Source of the DNA: Priapulus caudatus
Taxonomy: Eukaryota
Length of the DNA: 64,000 nt
Reading direction: 5' to 3'
NCBI RefSeq assembly: GCF_000485595.1
Contig: NW_014577087.1
Location: 577,298 to 641,297, forward strand
The position numbers and the translations under genes are program-made. Shown here piece after piece: positions 23,771-38,089 of the stretch (within the stretch, counting starts at the first letter, position 1; each line of letters opens with the position of its first letter). The notes below the pieces were generated by a model. It did not search any database. It was not told the DNA's origin and saw only the letters and a program-made list of their open reading frames with translations.

Positions 23771-25656
23771 TATTGATTGATAGAATATCTAGTTAAGCCG
23801 AGAAGGATAGCGCTCAATCAGCGAACAGCGTCGAGTTTCTACCGAATTGTTCTTTATTGACTGCCAGCGTAAATTTTATTCGATCTCGACATTAATCAAG
23901 TAAGCGACACGTCGCGTATAGATCTGCTAAGATTCATACGTTGACTATCTTCGCCGTTACGATTTTTCTACGACAACAAAAATCGGGAGATTATTCCCTT
24001 AAACCTGGTGGTGTATGCATTCACAGTTTGGCTGGCGTTGCCATGGTGAGGCTGGATGCTACAGCAGCGTAAATGAATGGAGTATGATGGCGCCGCAGTG
24101 CAGGTTTCCATCTGACATGTCGGTCAACGTAATTACGAGTGCGGCACGAGCGCGGCTGTTACATCTATTGTCGTCACCCATTGTTTGGCTCCGTGCCGTC
24201 CAAACAATGAGCCACAAGAAACGTCGGCAACGCTCACATCTCTCAAGCAGCACGTTTCCGTCCGTCTGAGCATAGTGTGAATCATGCTTAGTCACGGGCG
24301 CTGCACGTTTTAACCGGAACTCACTATACCTAAACTAGCAATGTACGCATTTTGCGTAATTAGTTCTGTCATTCTCGCAAAAAATGGATCTGCGATCCTG
24401 CAAATGACTATATTTCGATTTCGACGAATGAACGGGTCCAGTGCGGGGCGCGCGAAGCGAGCTCACTGAATCATCCATCGCGTTTGCAGCGGATTGGCAA
24501 GCTAAGCTGAAAACCAGACGAAGTGTAATCTTAGGCAGAGACGCGGTCGACGCGTGTAAACCTAGATATTATTTGACTGACAGTTGGCGTTTAGTGGGGA
24601 GCGATCTGACGCCTGTTTCGTTGCGGATCTGACGCCTGTAATGTTAGACTGTTTTGGTTTGTTTGGTTTTTTTGTGTGTTTTTTGTTTGTTTTGTTTTGT
24701 TGTGTTGCAACCTGCAGTTCTTTGGGCAGCAATGATCATCTATAAGAACACTGGCTCCAATTTGCTTCTGTTTGCTTTATCCCGAGTAGCAACAGCGTGG
24801 TGCTGGGTGTGTAAGGGAACCGCCAACGCTAAGTGCGTACGTGGCCTTACATATAGCTTCCGGCACGGATAGCGGAAATTACTGTCTATCCTGATCTTCT
24901 CGCCTTTCGCGCCGGAACACGCGACACTGGCGGTCATAGCAACTGAGTGTTCAGATGAGAGAGCGTAATAGGATTGGGAGGTCGGCATCGTTTGTTAGCA
25001 CTTAAGAACTACTATACGCGAGACATACGAAACATCACGCGAGTAAATCCACGGCGCAAATGCTGCCTCATGCCGCCTGCATGGCTGCAAGCCTTACCTG
25101 GAAAAGGCGTTCATGCTAGTCGATATGCCCGCTCGCGTCTCATTAGGTTTATGGACGGCACACACAGCGCGCATGACTTGAATCGATTTCTGCCCTTCAA
25201 AGTGATAAGTATGATCACGCGAACGCATGTTCGCGATTGTACGTAGAGCAGAAACTCAATTATGTGCGTAGGCGTCTCCATACATTACATTGCACGTGGT
25301 GTATAATACTTGTATAATAAGTAGATCGGCAATGGCGCCAACATTGTCGTGTCCGGCGTCATCTGACGTCATCAGCTAAGTGTGCGCAGCGTACGCGCGT
25401 GGGTCGTGCGTGCAAGCTGTATTAGTCTTCTCTCTCTGCTCTCTCTCTCTCTCAGTCTTCTCTCTCTCTCTCTCTCTCTCTCCTCATCTCTCGAAAATCT
25501 CTCTCTCTGCTCATCTTTCTCTAGTCTGCTCTCTCTCATCTCTATCTCTATGTATCCTCTCTCTCATCTCCTCTCTCTCTATCTCTNNNNNNNNNNNNNN
25601 NNNNNNNNNNNTCTCTCTCTCTTCTCTCTCTTCTCTTCTTCTCTTCTATCTCTTTC

Positions 25657-25690
<34 letters not shown>

Positions 25691-25733
25691 TCTTCTCTCT
25701 CTCTCTCTCGCTTTCTTTCTTCTCCTCTCTTCA

Positions 25734-25764
<31 letters not shown>

Positions 25765-27116
25765 TCTCTCTCTCATCTCTTTCTCTCTCTCTCTCTCTCT
25801 ATCCTACGCATGGCGCGCGCATGCGTGCGTTGCGAGCGCGCGCGCGGTGGCGTGTCTATCGTCTGCTTAAGCCAAATAAGCTTACGTGATTTCCATAGAA
25901 AATTTATGTCATATGAACAAAAAGTATATTATGTTAACTATGCAAGTGTTTCACATGAGCTGTTTTAGCTTTCCAATCACGCCATCTGGTCGCAACTCAG
26001 TAATCATAAGTAAGTGCGGTTAAACATAAATGTATCTTGCTTTAAACTATGTTTTTAACAAACTACAACAAATATCTAAATATAATTTACAAAACAGAAT
26101 TTTTAGTAGATTGATTTCAGATCCCGCAGTTTAATGACATGACTTTCATAATAATTTTTAAATAGCTATAAAATCCTGCCATTCTTCTGTTAATTATTGT
26201 AATCATGCTATAGCGTTCGACTAAAAAAATTAACTGCCAAGATTTAGGTATATATATACATATATATATATATTATATATATATATATATATATATTATA
26301 ATATATATATACTATATATATATCAATACTGTTCGTTGTTTGGATTTCAGAAGTACTGTTAGGCCGGTTTTTTGCGAGACGTATATTGCACATGCGGTGC
26401 GCGCTTCAATAGATCGAGAACCATGACGTAGGATTTTAAAACTTTTCTGTATTTGCGATTGTTTTCACGAAACTGTACCCATGCCTGAACCTATTGAAAA
26501 TGTCTGAAACGCTAACACATAAATGTAATTTCGGCTTCCAATACCGTATTGCCGCCCATGGAAACGCGCAGATGAAGAGTTACAAGAAGGAATGGGGTAA
26601 TTTGGCATTCACGACACACCTATAAGAAAGCGCTCGATCTTTAGACTTCCCCGCCGCACAGCAGCGTTGAAAACCTGTTTATTTCAACAAGTTCAACTTT
26701 GCAGAACACCCGGCTCACGAGTGTGTCGAGACATTACTTAGAATTATTGCCCACATTAAAGACACCCACATTAAAATCCATACCACGCGCCAAAACATTA
26801 AAAACTAGCAAAGAGTTAATTACCCCCGCGGTTTGCGTGTCGTGAGTCAGAGCTCTTGCTTCAGAGCAGTATTACTTATAATAAACCGGAGCGAATGTTG
26901 TGAACGCCGGTGCTTTCTACTTGTCGCCCACTTGGCATTTAGCGTCGTGACTTGGTAATGCTCTCATCGTTAATACCGTGTAAAATCAGCTGTGACATTT
27001 GCTCGATGTTCTCAGATCAATAGAGTTTCAACTATAGTTGCGACGCTGCGCTGTCTACGCTATTAGTACTTAAATAATAGTTGTTAATACCAGAAAATGT
27101 AACAATATCTACTGTA

Positions 27117-27164
<48 letters not shown>

Positions 27165-28180
27165 CTTCATTAATGCGCATCAGTCATAAACATGTTCTCT
27201 TTCGTTTCGTTTCTTCTAATCGTTTATACGCTCTATTCGTCGGTGTAATTTAACATTTCATTTTAAGTTGATTAGTGCGTGCAATCTCTCGTCTTAGTGT
27301 TCATCCTTTAAGGTTCTGACACTTCGAATTTCTATTTACTTCCAGATATGTACGCGACAGTAAACATTCTAATAAGATATACTGCACGGATATATGCATT
27401 TGTGCATTTTTCTATTTGAATTCAGCTAAATTCGGAAAACAAGCAGAAACGAATGACAAAGCAATATATCAAGGTCGTCACTTACTGTCACGAGAAGATG
27501 TTTGAAGTTAAAATTCGATCAAGCTAAAAATTAATGCATTTTGCCGTAAAAAAACGTAAATGCCCGTGCCGAACATATTCTGTTATTATACGTTAATGCC
27601 ATAAAAACCGTAGGAGCCTATATTAGCCAGTTTCTGATTATGATACTTATTACGTGAAAAACCGGATACGGACCACGCTTTAGAAATGTCTATCTATCAG
27701 ACATGTTACTGTTACTAATGCATGTGATCAGGACGCGATGTAAATGAAAGCGGCTCGTTACAGCCGCACGTCTGCTGCATGATGCCTCTCATAATAGGGG
27801 ACGTCACGTGCAAATTCATTTCAGTCGAATTTTATCTTTCATAGATGACGACACGCTCGCCATGCTCCTGAAAGCAATGCTTACACAGCAAGCCAGGTCA
27901 TCATCTAATCTAATCCAGCATTTCTCACGTTTAAAGTGATGCGTCTCGGACTATCGTCGCTACATTGAAAAACATTTCGCGGTACTTCCCTCGCTTATCT
28001 TCCCCGTTGTTGTGATGTTACGTAACGTTGTGCCGTTTCTCTCGCAAAGCTGTGAGCCGTGGCGTTGGACGTGAGATATCATTTCGAAACATAATGATGT
28101 GCCCCATATTGTCTGACAAAGCTCACATTCCCGTTGTAGAGATAATGGATACGGAACAATGCGTACTATAATAAAATAAA

Positions 28181-28217
<37 letters not shown>

Positions 28218-29192
28218 TAATAATGAATATAATAAATAATATTAATAATATAAATATATAACTACTTAAACAACCAATAATATTTAGTATGCGCTACATA
28301 ACATCGCCATCGATCGGTCTGTTCGTTTATTAGCGGGGACATCTATGTATCGCAGCAGTTTATTGTATGCTTGTTTTGCCAAACACGAGAGCTGCGGTGC
28401 TATGCCACAGACATAAAAGCCTATCAGGGGAATGCGCTGCAGTCGTGTTGTAGATTTTCCGCCGTCGCCGCTGTCCGTGCATGCGAGCTCCGTGCAGAGA
28501 TGCCATGTAAACGTATTAAATGGACGCCATAAAAGCATGCACTGAATCACAGCGTGGATTCTCTGATGCGGATTGTACCTGCTTATCTGAATGGAGTTAT
28601 CGCAGTGCTGCTATGATCATTGCGTGCTATATTTAGCACGCAGTAGTGTGTGTATTATGGTACACCCACCTATACGCCGTTTTCGCATTTGATTGTCGTT
28701 TGATTGGTGGTAAACTGATTGCAACATGCAATAATTGAACAGCAGTAATTGCTTTTTACAACGCTGAAATGATATATCTTGAATGAATATTGACACATTG
28801 TGGCATTTCATCTATGGGAGCCGCATATATTCGCTCGCCTCACTCTACACATCACGCTGCGGCGCGCCACGCCACGCACGCACGCCACACACCACGCACG
28901 CACGCCACGCACACACACACACAACACACACACACACGCACACACGCACACACACACCCCTCACACACACGCACACGCACACACACGCCCACACGTACAC
29001 ACACACCGCTGCACGCACACACACACACACACACACCACACACACACACAGCACACACACAGCACACTTACACGCTTACACACTTACACACTTTACACAC
29101 ACTTACACACACACACACACACACACAACACACACACACAGCACACACACACCACAAACACACAAAATACTACACACTCTTACACACACACA

Positions 29193-29255
<63 letters not shown>

Positions 29256-29293
29256 CACACCGACGCAGCCACACGCCTCACGACGCACGCACG

Positions 29294-29338
<45 letters not shown>

Positions 29339-29460
29339 CACCAATATATCATATATATATATATATTTAATCCTCGTCTTGCCTTCGTTGACAGAAGTAT
29401 GCCCATCTCGCCAGCGTTCGCTGATCCGAATTACGCTAGCCCATAGAGGCAATCCAAGCC

Positions 29461-29773
29461 ATGGCGACCAATTGACATAGATGAGCGGCGAATCCCGGTG
29501 CTGCGCCTACTGCGCAGACGACTTCCAGCAGAGGATGAGTCCCGATGCCGCGCCGTCGTCGAGCGTGAGGTAGCGCTCAGTGCATGCGAAAGCTCTCCTA
29601 CGACATCGAGAGATTAGAGAGAATGGGGACTCAGTCCGGCTGACAACTCCGACCACGATATTAGCCTCGGAGATCTGAGATCGAAGACGAGGGCAGAAAC
29701 CTGCACGACCAGGCGGAGGACGGCGGGCCGACGGTGACTGGCACCATCGGTGAAGATCGTGAAAACGATACAG
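29461..29773 (+). pseudogene. Frameshifted inverted copy of CNG coding exon 1 (probably an assembly artefact)
   Basis: Starts ATGGCGACCA and ends AAAACGATACAG. It is the reverse complement of 33916-34212 with many 1-2 nt indels. Confidence 0.75.
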
Positions 29774-30798
29774 TTAGGAAGAACGCGAATGGATGCTCGC
29801 CATCTGCTGGTTGTACGCGGCGCTTGTTGATGCTTACCGCTTAAAATCGACGTAATCCGTAATGCTTACTATAATCGTTCAACATCGTGTCACCGGTGGG
29901 AGGGTGGACTGCTCTAGCAGGGGCAAAAGCGGCACAGTCAATCACGAATTTTTAGAGGGAATATAAAATGCTAAAATAAATTGCATGAGTTAAAATCACA
30001 TTTAAATACGTGAGTTCAGCTTGTGTCATCGTCATCCCTCGAGTGCCTCACACCCACCCCACCTCACTATGCACGCTTGCCCTGGACCTTTGCTTTATAT
30101 ATTACCTCGACATTGTTCACTTGAATAATTGTAATTTTTCTCCCTTCCCCAACTATGGAAGGTACCTCAGGCTGACGGCCCTGTCATATATATTAATCTA
30201 ATCGTTATTCCTGCCAAAATCTGTGTCAAATTCGCTCTCCTATCATAATCGTGCGTCAGTATAGTATCCTATAATATCGTATCTAGGGCCGTAGCCTGCA
30301 GGGCAGGGGGCGGGGGGCAACAGGAGAAAAGGGAAAATTTTGTTCCCTAGATATTAGAGCCAACATAAAAAAAAAGTTCTCACTAAAGAGAGAATTTGTC
30401 ATAGTTCAGAATGAACCCCCCCCCACTGTACATCGTACTCAAAAGTGACCTCACATGTCCATCTCCTGCCGCATCTACATTTTTTCAAGAAAATTTCTGT
30501 GCGGAGGACCCCCACACCCGCACCCCCTGTCTCTCACCCCCTCTTTTGAAATCCTGGATCGCCACTTGCCCCCACTAGAAATTTGCCTCAGCCTACGTGG
30601 CCCTGCGTATCACATTCGCATCATATCGTATCATGTTCACAATATTTTCTTAAAACCCATTCAAATAAAATTATATTAATATGATTTAGATTTTCCAAAC
30701 TAATATAATTCCCCGAACCGAAAGTAGGCAACAAACTCACGGAATTCCATTGAAGTACGGATGAACCCTAACCTCCTCCATCCGCTCCTGCCTTCCAG

Positions 30799-31007
30799 CT
30801 TCTGAAATTTTGGTCACGCGGCAAGATAGGACAATTCAGGTCGCAGCAGCAGGGCCCGGACTCCTTCCTGGAAAAGTTCTTGCAATGGCGCCGTCCGGAC
30901 CTAAACCAATGGCCCGAGGACGATGAGAACCCGCTCCGCGAACACCACCGCAAGCCAGCGTGGCGCACCAAACATCATGCGAACAAGCGTTCGAATCGCG
31001 CGCGACC
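30799..31007 (+). pseudogene. Frameshifted inverted copy of CNG coding exon 2 (probably an assembly artefact)
   Basis: cttccag|CTTCTGAAATTTTGG...CGCGACC|gtgagt is the reverse complement of 32776-32969 with about 15 extra nt as scattered insertions. Confidence 0.75.
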
Positions 31008-31375
31008 GTGAGTCAATGTTATTATACTAGCATGTACTAGATGTAACTAGCTGTACGTCCTGTGTTGTGTTGGTTTGCTGTTGTGTTTGGTTTATGTTTG
31101 TAGTTATGTTATGTTTATATATGTATATTATGTTATGCTTTATGTTATGTTATTGTTACTGTTATTTTATGTTATGATGCGTTATGTTATGTTAATGCTT
31201 ATGTTTATGTTATGTTATGTTATGTTATGTTATTATATTTATGTTATGTTGTTTTTATGTTATGTTATGTTTATGTATTATGTTATGTTATGTTATGTAT
31301 ATGTATATGTATGTTCATGCTTATGTTATGTTATGCTTTATGTTATGTTATGTTAGTGTTATGTTATAGTTAGTG

Positions 31376-32640
31376 CGCGCACACACGCTCACACACAGGT
31401 TTCGATATGTGACTGCGAAACTGTGCGCATTTATAAAGGCCGTCGCACACCTACCCAAAAATCGGTCCGATTAAAAAATCTCTTCATCGTTTGTAAAATC
31501 GGCTCATCGCGACGCCTTCCGATAAACACCCGCACACCTATGATAAAATTGATTATTTAAATCTCCCTCAATTTCGTTCGTCCACGCTTTGTCTATGATA
31601 GGCGCCATTTTGAATGTCATGTGACACGGGCACGTTCAGCTATTGGCTGTTCAATATTTATCGTAAAGGATTTTTCTGAGTTCATGCGCACACCACAAAA
31701 TCTTGTCGGATTAAACAAAATCGCTTCAAAATAATCGGTTCAAAATCAAACATGTTTGATTTGGAACGATCACCCGATAAAAATAATCGTAAGTAAAATC
31801 GCCTACAAATGAACGCGCACACCTACCCGATATCGGCTGATTTTTATCGGGCCGATTAAATCGCGTGAAAAATCGGCTGGTGTGCGACGGCCTTAACTTG
31901 AGCAGCTATCGGAGCGTGCATGGTGGAGTTTGGCCTATCACTGCATGCATATTCGTTCCGAAGTGGCTGCGCAATTTCCCTACGCGGGTGGGTGCACGTG
32001 CGCGTTATCCCCCGAGGTTACCCTCGCGCATTGTATTCGCCAAGACGGAATTTACCGAGCTATACAGCGACGGAAGCAGTAGAGAATAGCATGCGCACAC
32101 GAAATCTCGGCAGCATATAGGCGCAGCGGCAGCGTCTTCGTTAATATTCTTCCGTAATTAGTGAGTCTTGCGCTCATCGTGAGTATTGAGTGCACGCACC
32201 GCGGCAGCGTGGATACATAAGCACCATGCACGAGCGTGGCAGATTACTGCCGGCGCTCGGCCCAATCTCCATCACGCGAGCCTGACCGCCCACGTATAGC
32301 GAGCGTAAACAGTCTAAACACACGTAAATACTAGAGGAGTAGAGATTGATTTCTGAAAGTTTTCTGCGAAGCTTCGGCGATATGGCGATGCGCGCGCGCG
32401 TCACACGACCGAGATCCCGCGCGCCTTATATGGACATATTACGTCATCCGCCGCCGCAAAAGCATTCGCGCCGTACTTCGCGCGATGCGGATTGATGTCA
32501 TCGTGCTAAAAATAATCAGGCAGTTTTAGCGAATCGGCTGAGACCGCGTATTGCGCAATTCGTTTATATCATTTGAGTGTTATGCGATATGTAGCCACAG
32601 TAGGAGGTAAAGTATTTCGCATATTATATATATTATTATA
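31376..32640 (+). repeat. ~1.27 kb segment directly repeated at ~41735-43031
   Basis: Both copies begin ...cacaggtttcgatatgtgactgcg... and end ...gtatttcgcatattatatatattatta. The second copy carries many single-base insertions. Confidence 0.9.
31437..31893. mobile_element. PIF/Harbinger-like MITE, TAA TSD (second copy at ~41805-42280)
   Basis: TAA|AGGCCGTCGCACACC ... GGTGTGCGACGGCCT|TAA: a perfect 15-bp TIR with a 3-bp TAA duplication. Confidence 0.82.
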
Positions 32641-32775
32641 ACAACACAACACAACACAACACAACACAACACAACACAACACAACACAACACAACACAAC
32701 ACAACACAACACAACACAACACAACAACGTACAGCTAGTACATCTAGTACATCTAGTATAATAACATTGACTCAC

Positions 32776-32969
32776 GGTCGCGCGGCGATTCGAGCTTGTT
32801 CCATGATGTTGGTGGCGCCACCTGGCTTCGGTGGTGTTCGCGGAGCCGGGTTCTCATCGTCCTCGCCATTGTTTAGGTCCGGACCCGCCATTGCAAACTT
32901 TTCCAGGAAGGAGTCCGGCCGCTGCTGCGACTGATTGTCCTTCTTGCCGCGTGACCAAAATTTCAGAAG
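32776..32969 (-). CDS. CNGA: CNG channel alpha subunit, coding exon 2 (N-terminal cytoplasmic)
   Basis: Acceptor cttccAG and donor CC|GTGAGT; 194 nt, phase 0 in and phase 2 out, matching both neighbours. Reads LLKFWSRGKKDNQSQQRPDSFLEKFAMAGPDLNNGEDDENPAPRTPPKPGGATNIMEQARIAAR(P). RPDSFLEKF resembles the conserved CNGA N-terminal DSFLERF motif. Not in the ORF track. Confidence 0.85.
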
Positions 32970-33151
32970 CTGGAAGCAGGAGCGGATGGAGGAGGTTAGG
33001 GTTAATCGTACTTCAATGGAATGTCCGTGAGTTTGTTGCCTATTTCGGTTCGGGGATTATATTAGTTGGAAATCTAATCTTATAAATATATTTTATTTGA
33101 TGGGTTTTAAGGAAATATTGTGACATGTTACGATATGATGCGATGTGATAC

Positions 33152-33437
33152 CAGGGCCGTAGGCTGAGCAAATTTCTAGTGGGGGCAGTGGCGAATCCAG
33201 GATTTCAAAGAGGGGGTGAGAGACAGGTGCGGGTGTGGGGGTCCTCCCACAGAAATTTTTTGAAAATGTAGATCGCAGGAGATGGAATGTGAGGCACTTT
33301 TGAGTACATGTACAGCGTTCATTCTGACTATGACAATTCTCTTTTAGTAGAACTTTTTTGTTGTTGCTCTAAAATCTAGGGAACAAAATTTTCCCTTTTC
33401 TCCTTTGCCCCCCCCCTCCCTGCAGGCTACGGCCCTA
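33152..33437. mobile_element. Short GC-rich TIR element (AGGGCCGTAG/CTACGGCCCT) in CNG intron 1
   Basis: Short inverted termini, with an internal CAGTGGCG.ATCCAGGATTT motif similar to the element at 63045. Confidence 0.5.
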
Positions 33438-33915
33438 GATACGATATTATAGGATACTATATGACACGATATGATAGGAGACGATTTGACACAATTTGGC
33501 AGGATACGATTAGATAATATATATGATCAGGGCCGTAGCCTGAGTACCTTCATAGTTGGGAGGGAGAAAATTACATAATTCAAGTGAACAATGTCGAGGT
33601 AATATAAAGCAAAGGTCCCAGTCAACGTGCATAGTGAGGTGGGGTGGGTGTGAGGCGACTCGAAGGGATCACGAATGACACCAAGCTGACTCACGTATTT
33701 AAATGTGATTTTAACTCATCATTTTATTTTATATTTTATTTCCCTCAAAAATTTAGTGAATTGACTGTCCCTTTTGCCCCTCTAGAGGCCGTCACCCTCC
33801 ACCTGGTGACACGATGTTGAACGATTAAGTAACATTACGGATTACCGATTTTAACGGTAACATCACAAGCGCCGCGTTTCACCAGAATGGCGAGCATCCA
33901 TCGCTTCTTCCTAAC

Positions 33916-34212
33916 CTGTATCGTTTTCACGATCTTCACCATGGTGCCACCGTCGCCCGCCGCCTCCGCCTGGTCGTGCATGGCTGCCTCGTCTTCGATC
34001 TTCAAGATCTCCGAGCTAATATCGTTGTCGGAGTTGTCAGCCGGACTGAGTCCGCCATTCTCTCTAATCTCTTCGATGTCGTAAGAGAGCTTTCGCATGC
34101 TGAGCCTACTCACGCTCGGACCGGCCGGCATCGGACTCAGTCTCTGCTGAAGTCCGTTCGCAGTCAGGCCAGCACCGGGATTCGCCGGCTCTTCTATGTC
34201 AATGGTCGCCAT
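33916..34212 (-). CDS. CNGA: CNG channel alpha subunit, coding exon 1 (start codon)
   Basis: ATG at 34212 with an in-frame TAG 5 codons upstream; 99 codons MATIDIEEPA...VKIVKTIQ; donor CAG|GTTAGG is phase 0. An acceptor ttgttgcAG (plus 34273-34275) implies a non-coding upstream exon. The four exons total 2103 nt = 700 aa + stop. Confidence 0.8.
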
Positions 34213-34293
34213 CTTAGATTGCTTCTATGCTAGCGTAATTCGGTCAGCGAACGCTGGCGAGATGGCATACTTCTGCAACAAGGCAAGACGAGG

Positions 34294-34373
<80 letters not shown>

Positions 34374-34428
34374 CGTGCGTGCGTGCGTGCGTGCGTGCGG
34401 TGCGTACGTGGCGCGGCGCGCGCGGTGT

Positions 34429-34476
<48 letters not shown>

Positions 34477-34518
34477 TGTGTGTGGTTGTGATGTGTGTGT
34501 GTGTGGTGTGTGTTGTGT

Positions 34519-34565
<47 letters not shown>

Positions 34566-34804
34566 GTGTGTGGTTTGTAATTGTGTGTGTGTGTGTGTGT
34601 GTGTGTTTGTTGTGTGTGTGCGAGTGGGGGTGCGTATGTGTGTAAGTGTGTAAGTGCGTGAGGGTGTGTATGTGTGTGGTGTGTGGTGTGTGGTGTGTGT
34701 GTGTGTGTGTGTGTGGTGTGTGTGTGTGTGCGTGTGTGTGTGTACGTGTGCGTTGTGTGCGTGTGCGTGTGTGTGTGAGGGTGTGTGTGTGTGCGTGTGT
34801 TGCG

Positions 34805-34848
<44 letters not shown>

Positions 34849-35481
34849 CGTGCGTGCGTGTGTGCGTGCGTGCGTGCGTGCGCGCGCGCGTGTGTGTAGA
34901 GTGAGCGAGCGAATATATGCGCTCCCATAGATGAAATGCAATGTGTCAATATTTCATTTCAAGATATATCATTTTCACGTTGCAATTAATGCTGTTCAAT
35001 AATTGCATGTTCAATCAGTTTACCACAATCAATGCGACAATCAAATCGAACGGCGTATGTGGGTGTACATACACACACTAACTGCGTGTAAATATACACG
35101 CAATGATCATACAGCACTGATAACTCATTCAAGATAAGCAGGTACATCGCATCAGAGAATCCACCTGTGATTCAGTGATGCTTTATGGCGTCATTTAATA
35201 CGTTTACATGGCATCTCTCACGGGAGCTCGCATGCACGGACAGCGGCGACGGGGAAAAATCTACACACGACTGCAGCGTATTCCCTGATAGGCTTTTATG
35301 TCTGTGGCATACACCCGCAGCTCTCGTGTTTCAAAACAGAGCATCAATAAACTGCTGCGATACATGATGTCCCCTAATAATACGACAGACCGATCGATGC
35401 GATGTTATGTAAAGCATACTAATATTATTGTTGTTGTTGTTATTAGTATTATTATTATTATTATTATTAATATTATTATTA

Positions 35482-35516
<35 letters not shown>

Positions 35517-36485
35517 TTTATTATAGTTCGCATTGTTTCCGTATCATTATCCTACAACGGGATGTGAGCTTTGTCAGACAATATGGTGGCACATCATTAT
35601 GTTTCGAATGATATCTCACGTCAAGCGCTCACGGGCTCAGCTTTGCGAGAGAAACGCACAACGTTACGTACATCACAACAACGAGGGAATAACGAGGGAA
35701 GTAGCGAAATGTTTTCAAATGTAGCGACGATAGTCCGAGAACGCATCACTTTAAACGTGAGAAATGCTGGATTAGATTAGATGATGACCTGCTGCTGTAA
35801 GCATTTGCTTTCGGGACATGGCAAGCGGTGTCGTCATCTATGAAAGATAAATTCGACTGAAATTGAATTTCACGTGACGTCCCCTATTATGAGAGGTATC
35901 ATGCAGCAGACGTGCGCTGTAACGACCGCTTTCAATTTACATCGCGTCCTGATCACCTGCATTAGTAACAGTAAATGTCTGATAATAGACATTTCTAAGC
36001 GTATCCGGTTTTTCACGTAATAAGTATCATAACAGAGAAATGGCTATATAGGCTCCACGGTTTTTATGCATTACGTATAATAACAGAAATGTCCCACAGG
36101 CATTTACGTTTTTTTAGCAAAAATGCATAATTTTTACTTGATCGAATTTAAACTTCAAACATCATTTTCTGACAGTATGTGACGACCTTGATATATTGCT
36201 TATTCTGCCGAATCGTTCTGCTGTTTTGCGATTTAGCTGATTCAAATAGAAAAATGCACAAATCATATATCCTCAGTATATCTTATTAGAATTTTACTGT
36301 CGTGTACATATCTGGAAGTAATAGGTACCAATTCGAGGTGTACATACCTTAAAGGATGAACACTAGACGAGAGATTGCACGCCTAAATCAACTTTAAAAT
36401 GAATGTAAATTACACGAGAATAGACGTCTAAACGATTAGAGAAACGAAACGAAAGAGAACATGTTTATCTGATGCCATTATGAAG

Positions 36486-36527
<42 letters not shown>

Positions 36528-37269
36528 CAGTAGATATGTTTACGTTTCTGGTATACAACTAATAAGTACTAATACGTAGACGCGCGCAGCGTCGCACTTA
36601 TTAGTTGGAAACTCTATTTGATCTGAGAACATCGCTAAATGTCACAGCTGTTTACACGTCATTAACGATGACGACATTACAAGTCACGACCTTAATTGCC
36701 AAAGTGGGCGACAAGTAGAAAGCACCGCGTTCACAACATTCGCTCCGTTATTATTATACTCTCTGAACAAGAGCTCTGACTCAGACACGCAACCCGCGGG
36801 GGTAATTAACTTTTGCTAGTTTTTAATGTTTTGCACGTGTATGATTTTATGTGGGTGTCTTTATGTGCAATAATTCTAGTAATTCTCGACACACTTCGTG
36901 ACTCGGGTGTTCTCAAAGGTTGAACTTGTTGAAATAAACAGGTTTTCATCGCTCTGTGCGCGGGGAAGTCTAAAGATCGCACTTTCTTATAGTGTGTCGT
37001 GGATGCCAATTACCCATTCCTTCTTGTAACTCTTCATCTCGCGTTTTCATGCGTGCAATTACGGTATGTGAAGCCGAAATTACATTTATTTGTTACGTTT
37101 CAGACATTTCAATTAGGTTTCAGATGGGTAGTTTGTTGAAAACATCGCAAATACAGAATAGTTAAAATCCTACGTCATGTTTTCTCGATCTATTGAACGC
37201 GCACGCATGCAATATACGTCGTAAAAACCGTCTAACAGTATTCTGAAATCCAAACACGACAGTATTGAT

Positions 37270-37300
<31 letters not shown>

Positions 37301-37777
37301 ATATATATATATATATAATATATTATATATGTATATATATACCTAAACTTGGCAGTTAAATTTTTTTCGTCGAACATACATTGATTACATAATTAACAGA
37401 AGAATAGCAGGATTTTATGCTATTAAAATTATTATGAAGTCATGTCATTAAACTGCGGATCTGAAATCAATTCTACTAAAAATTCTGTTTCGTAAATTAT
37501 ATTTAATATTGTTGTAGTTTGTTAAAATATGTTTTAAGGCAAGATACATTTATGTTAAAACACTTATGATTACTGAGTCGACAGATCGTGATTAAAAGCT
37601 AAACAGCTCATGTGAACATTTGCATAGTTAACATAATATATGTTTGTTCATATGACATAAATTTTCTATTGAAATCACGTAACTTATTTGCTAACAGACG
37701 ATAGACACCCACACGCGCGCGCGCTCGCACGCACGCTCGCGCGCTCATGGTAGAGATAGAGAGAGAGAGATAGAGAA

Positions 37778-37865
<88 letters not shown>

Positions 37866-37867
37866 AG

Positions 37868-37956
<89 letters not shown>

Positions 37957-38039
37957 AGAGAGAATAGAGAGAGAGATAGAGAGAGAGAAAGAGGAGAGAC
38001 GAGAGAAGAGAGCAGAGCAGAGATGAGAGAGAGAGAGAG

Positions 38040-38089
<50 letters not shown>

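Larger units (their letters stand above)
21590..31375. repeat. Left arm of a ~9-10 kb inverted duplication (partner ~32641-41750)
   Basis: Collinear reverse-complement matches throughout, e.g. 24000-25380 vs 38150-39430, 26000-28800 vs 34950-37680, (ATGG)n vs (CCAT)n and (CT)n vs (AG)n. Confidence 0.92.

Noticed and set aside
29461..31007. A second, + strand CNG paralogue
   Set aside because: Only exons 1-2 are present, both frameshifted, inside an inverted copy that includes the introns. There are no downstream + strand channel exons.
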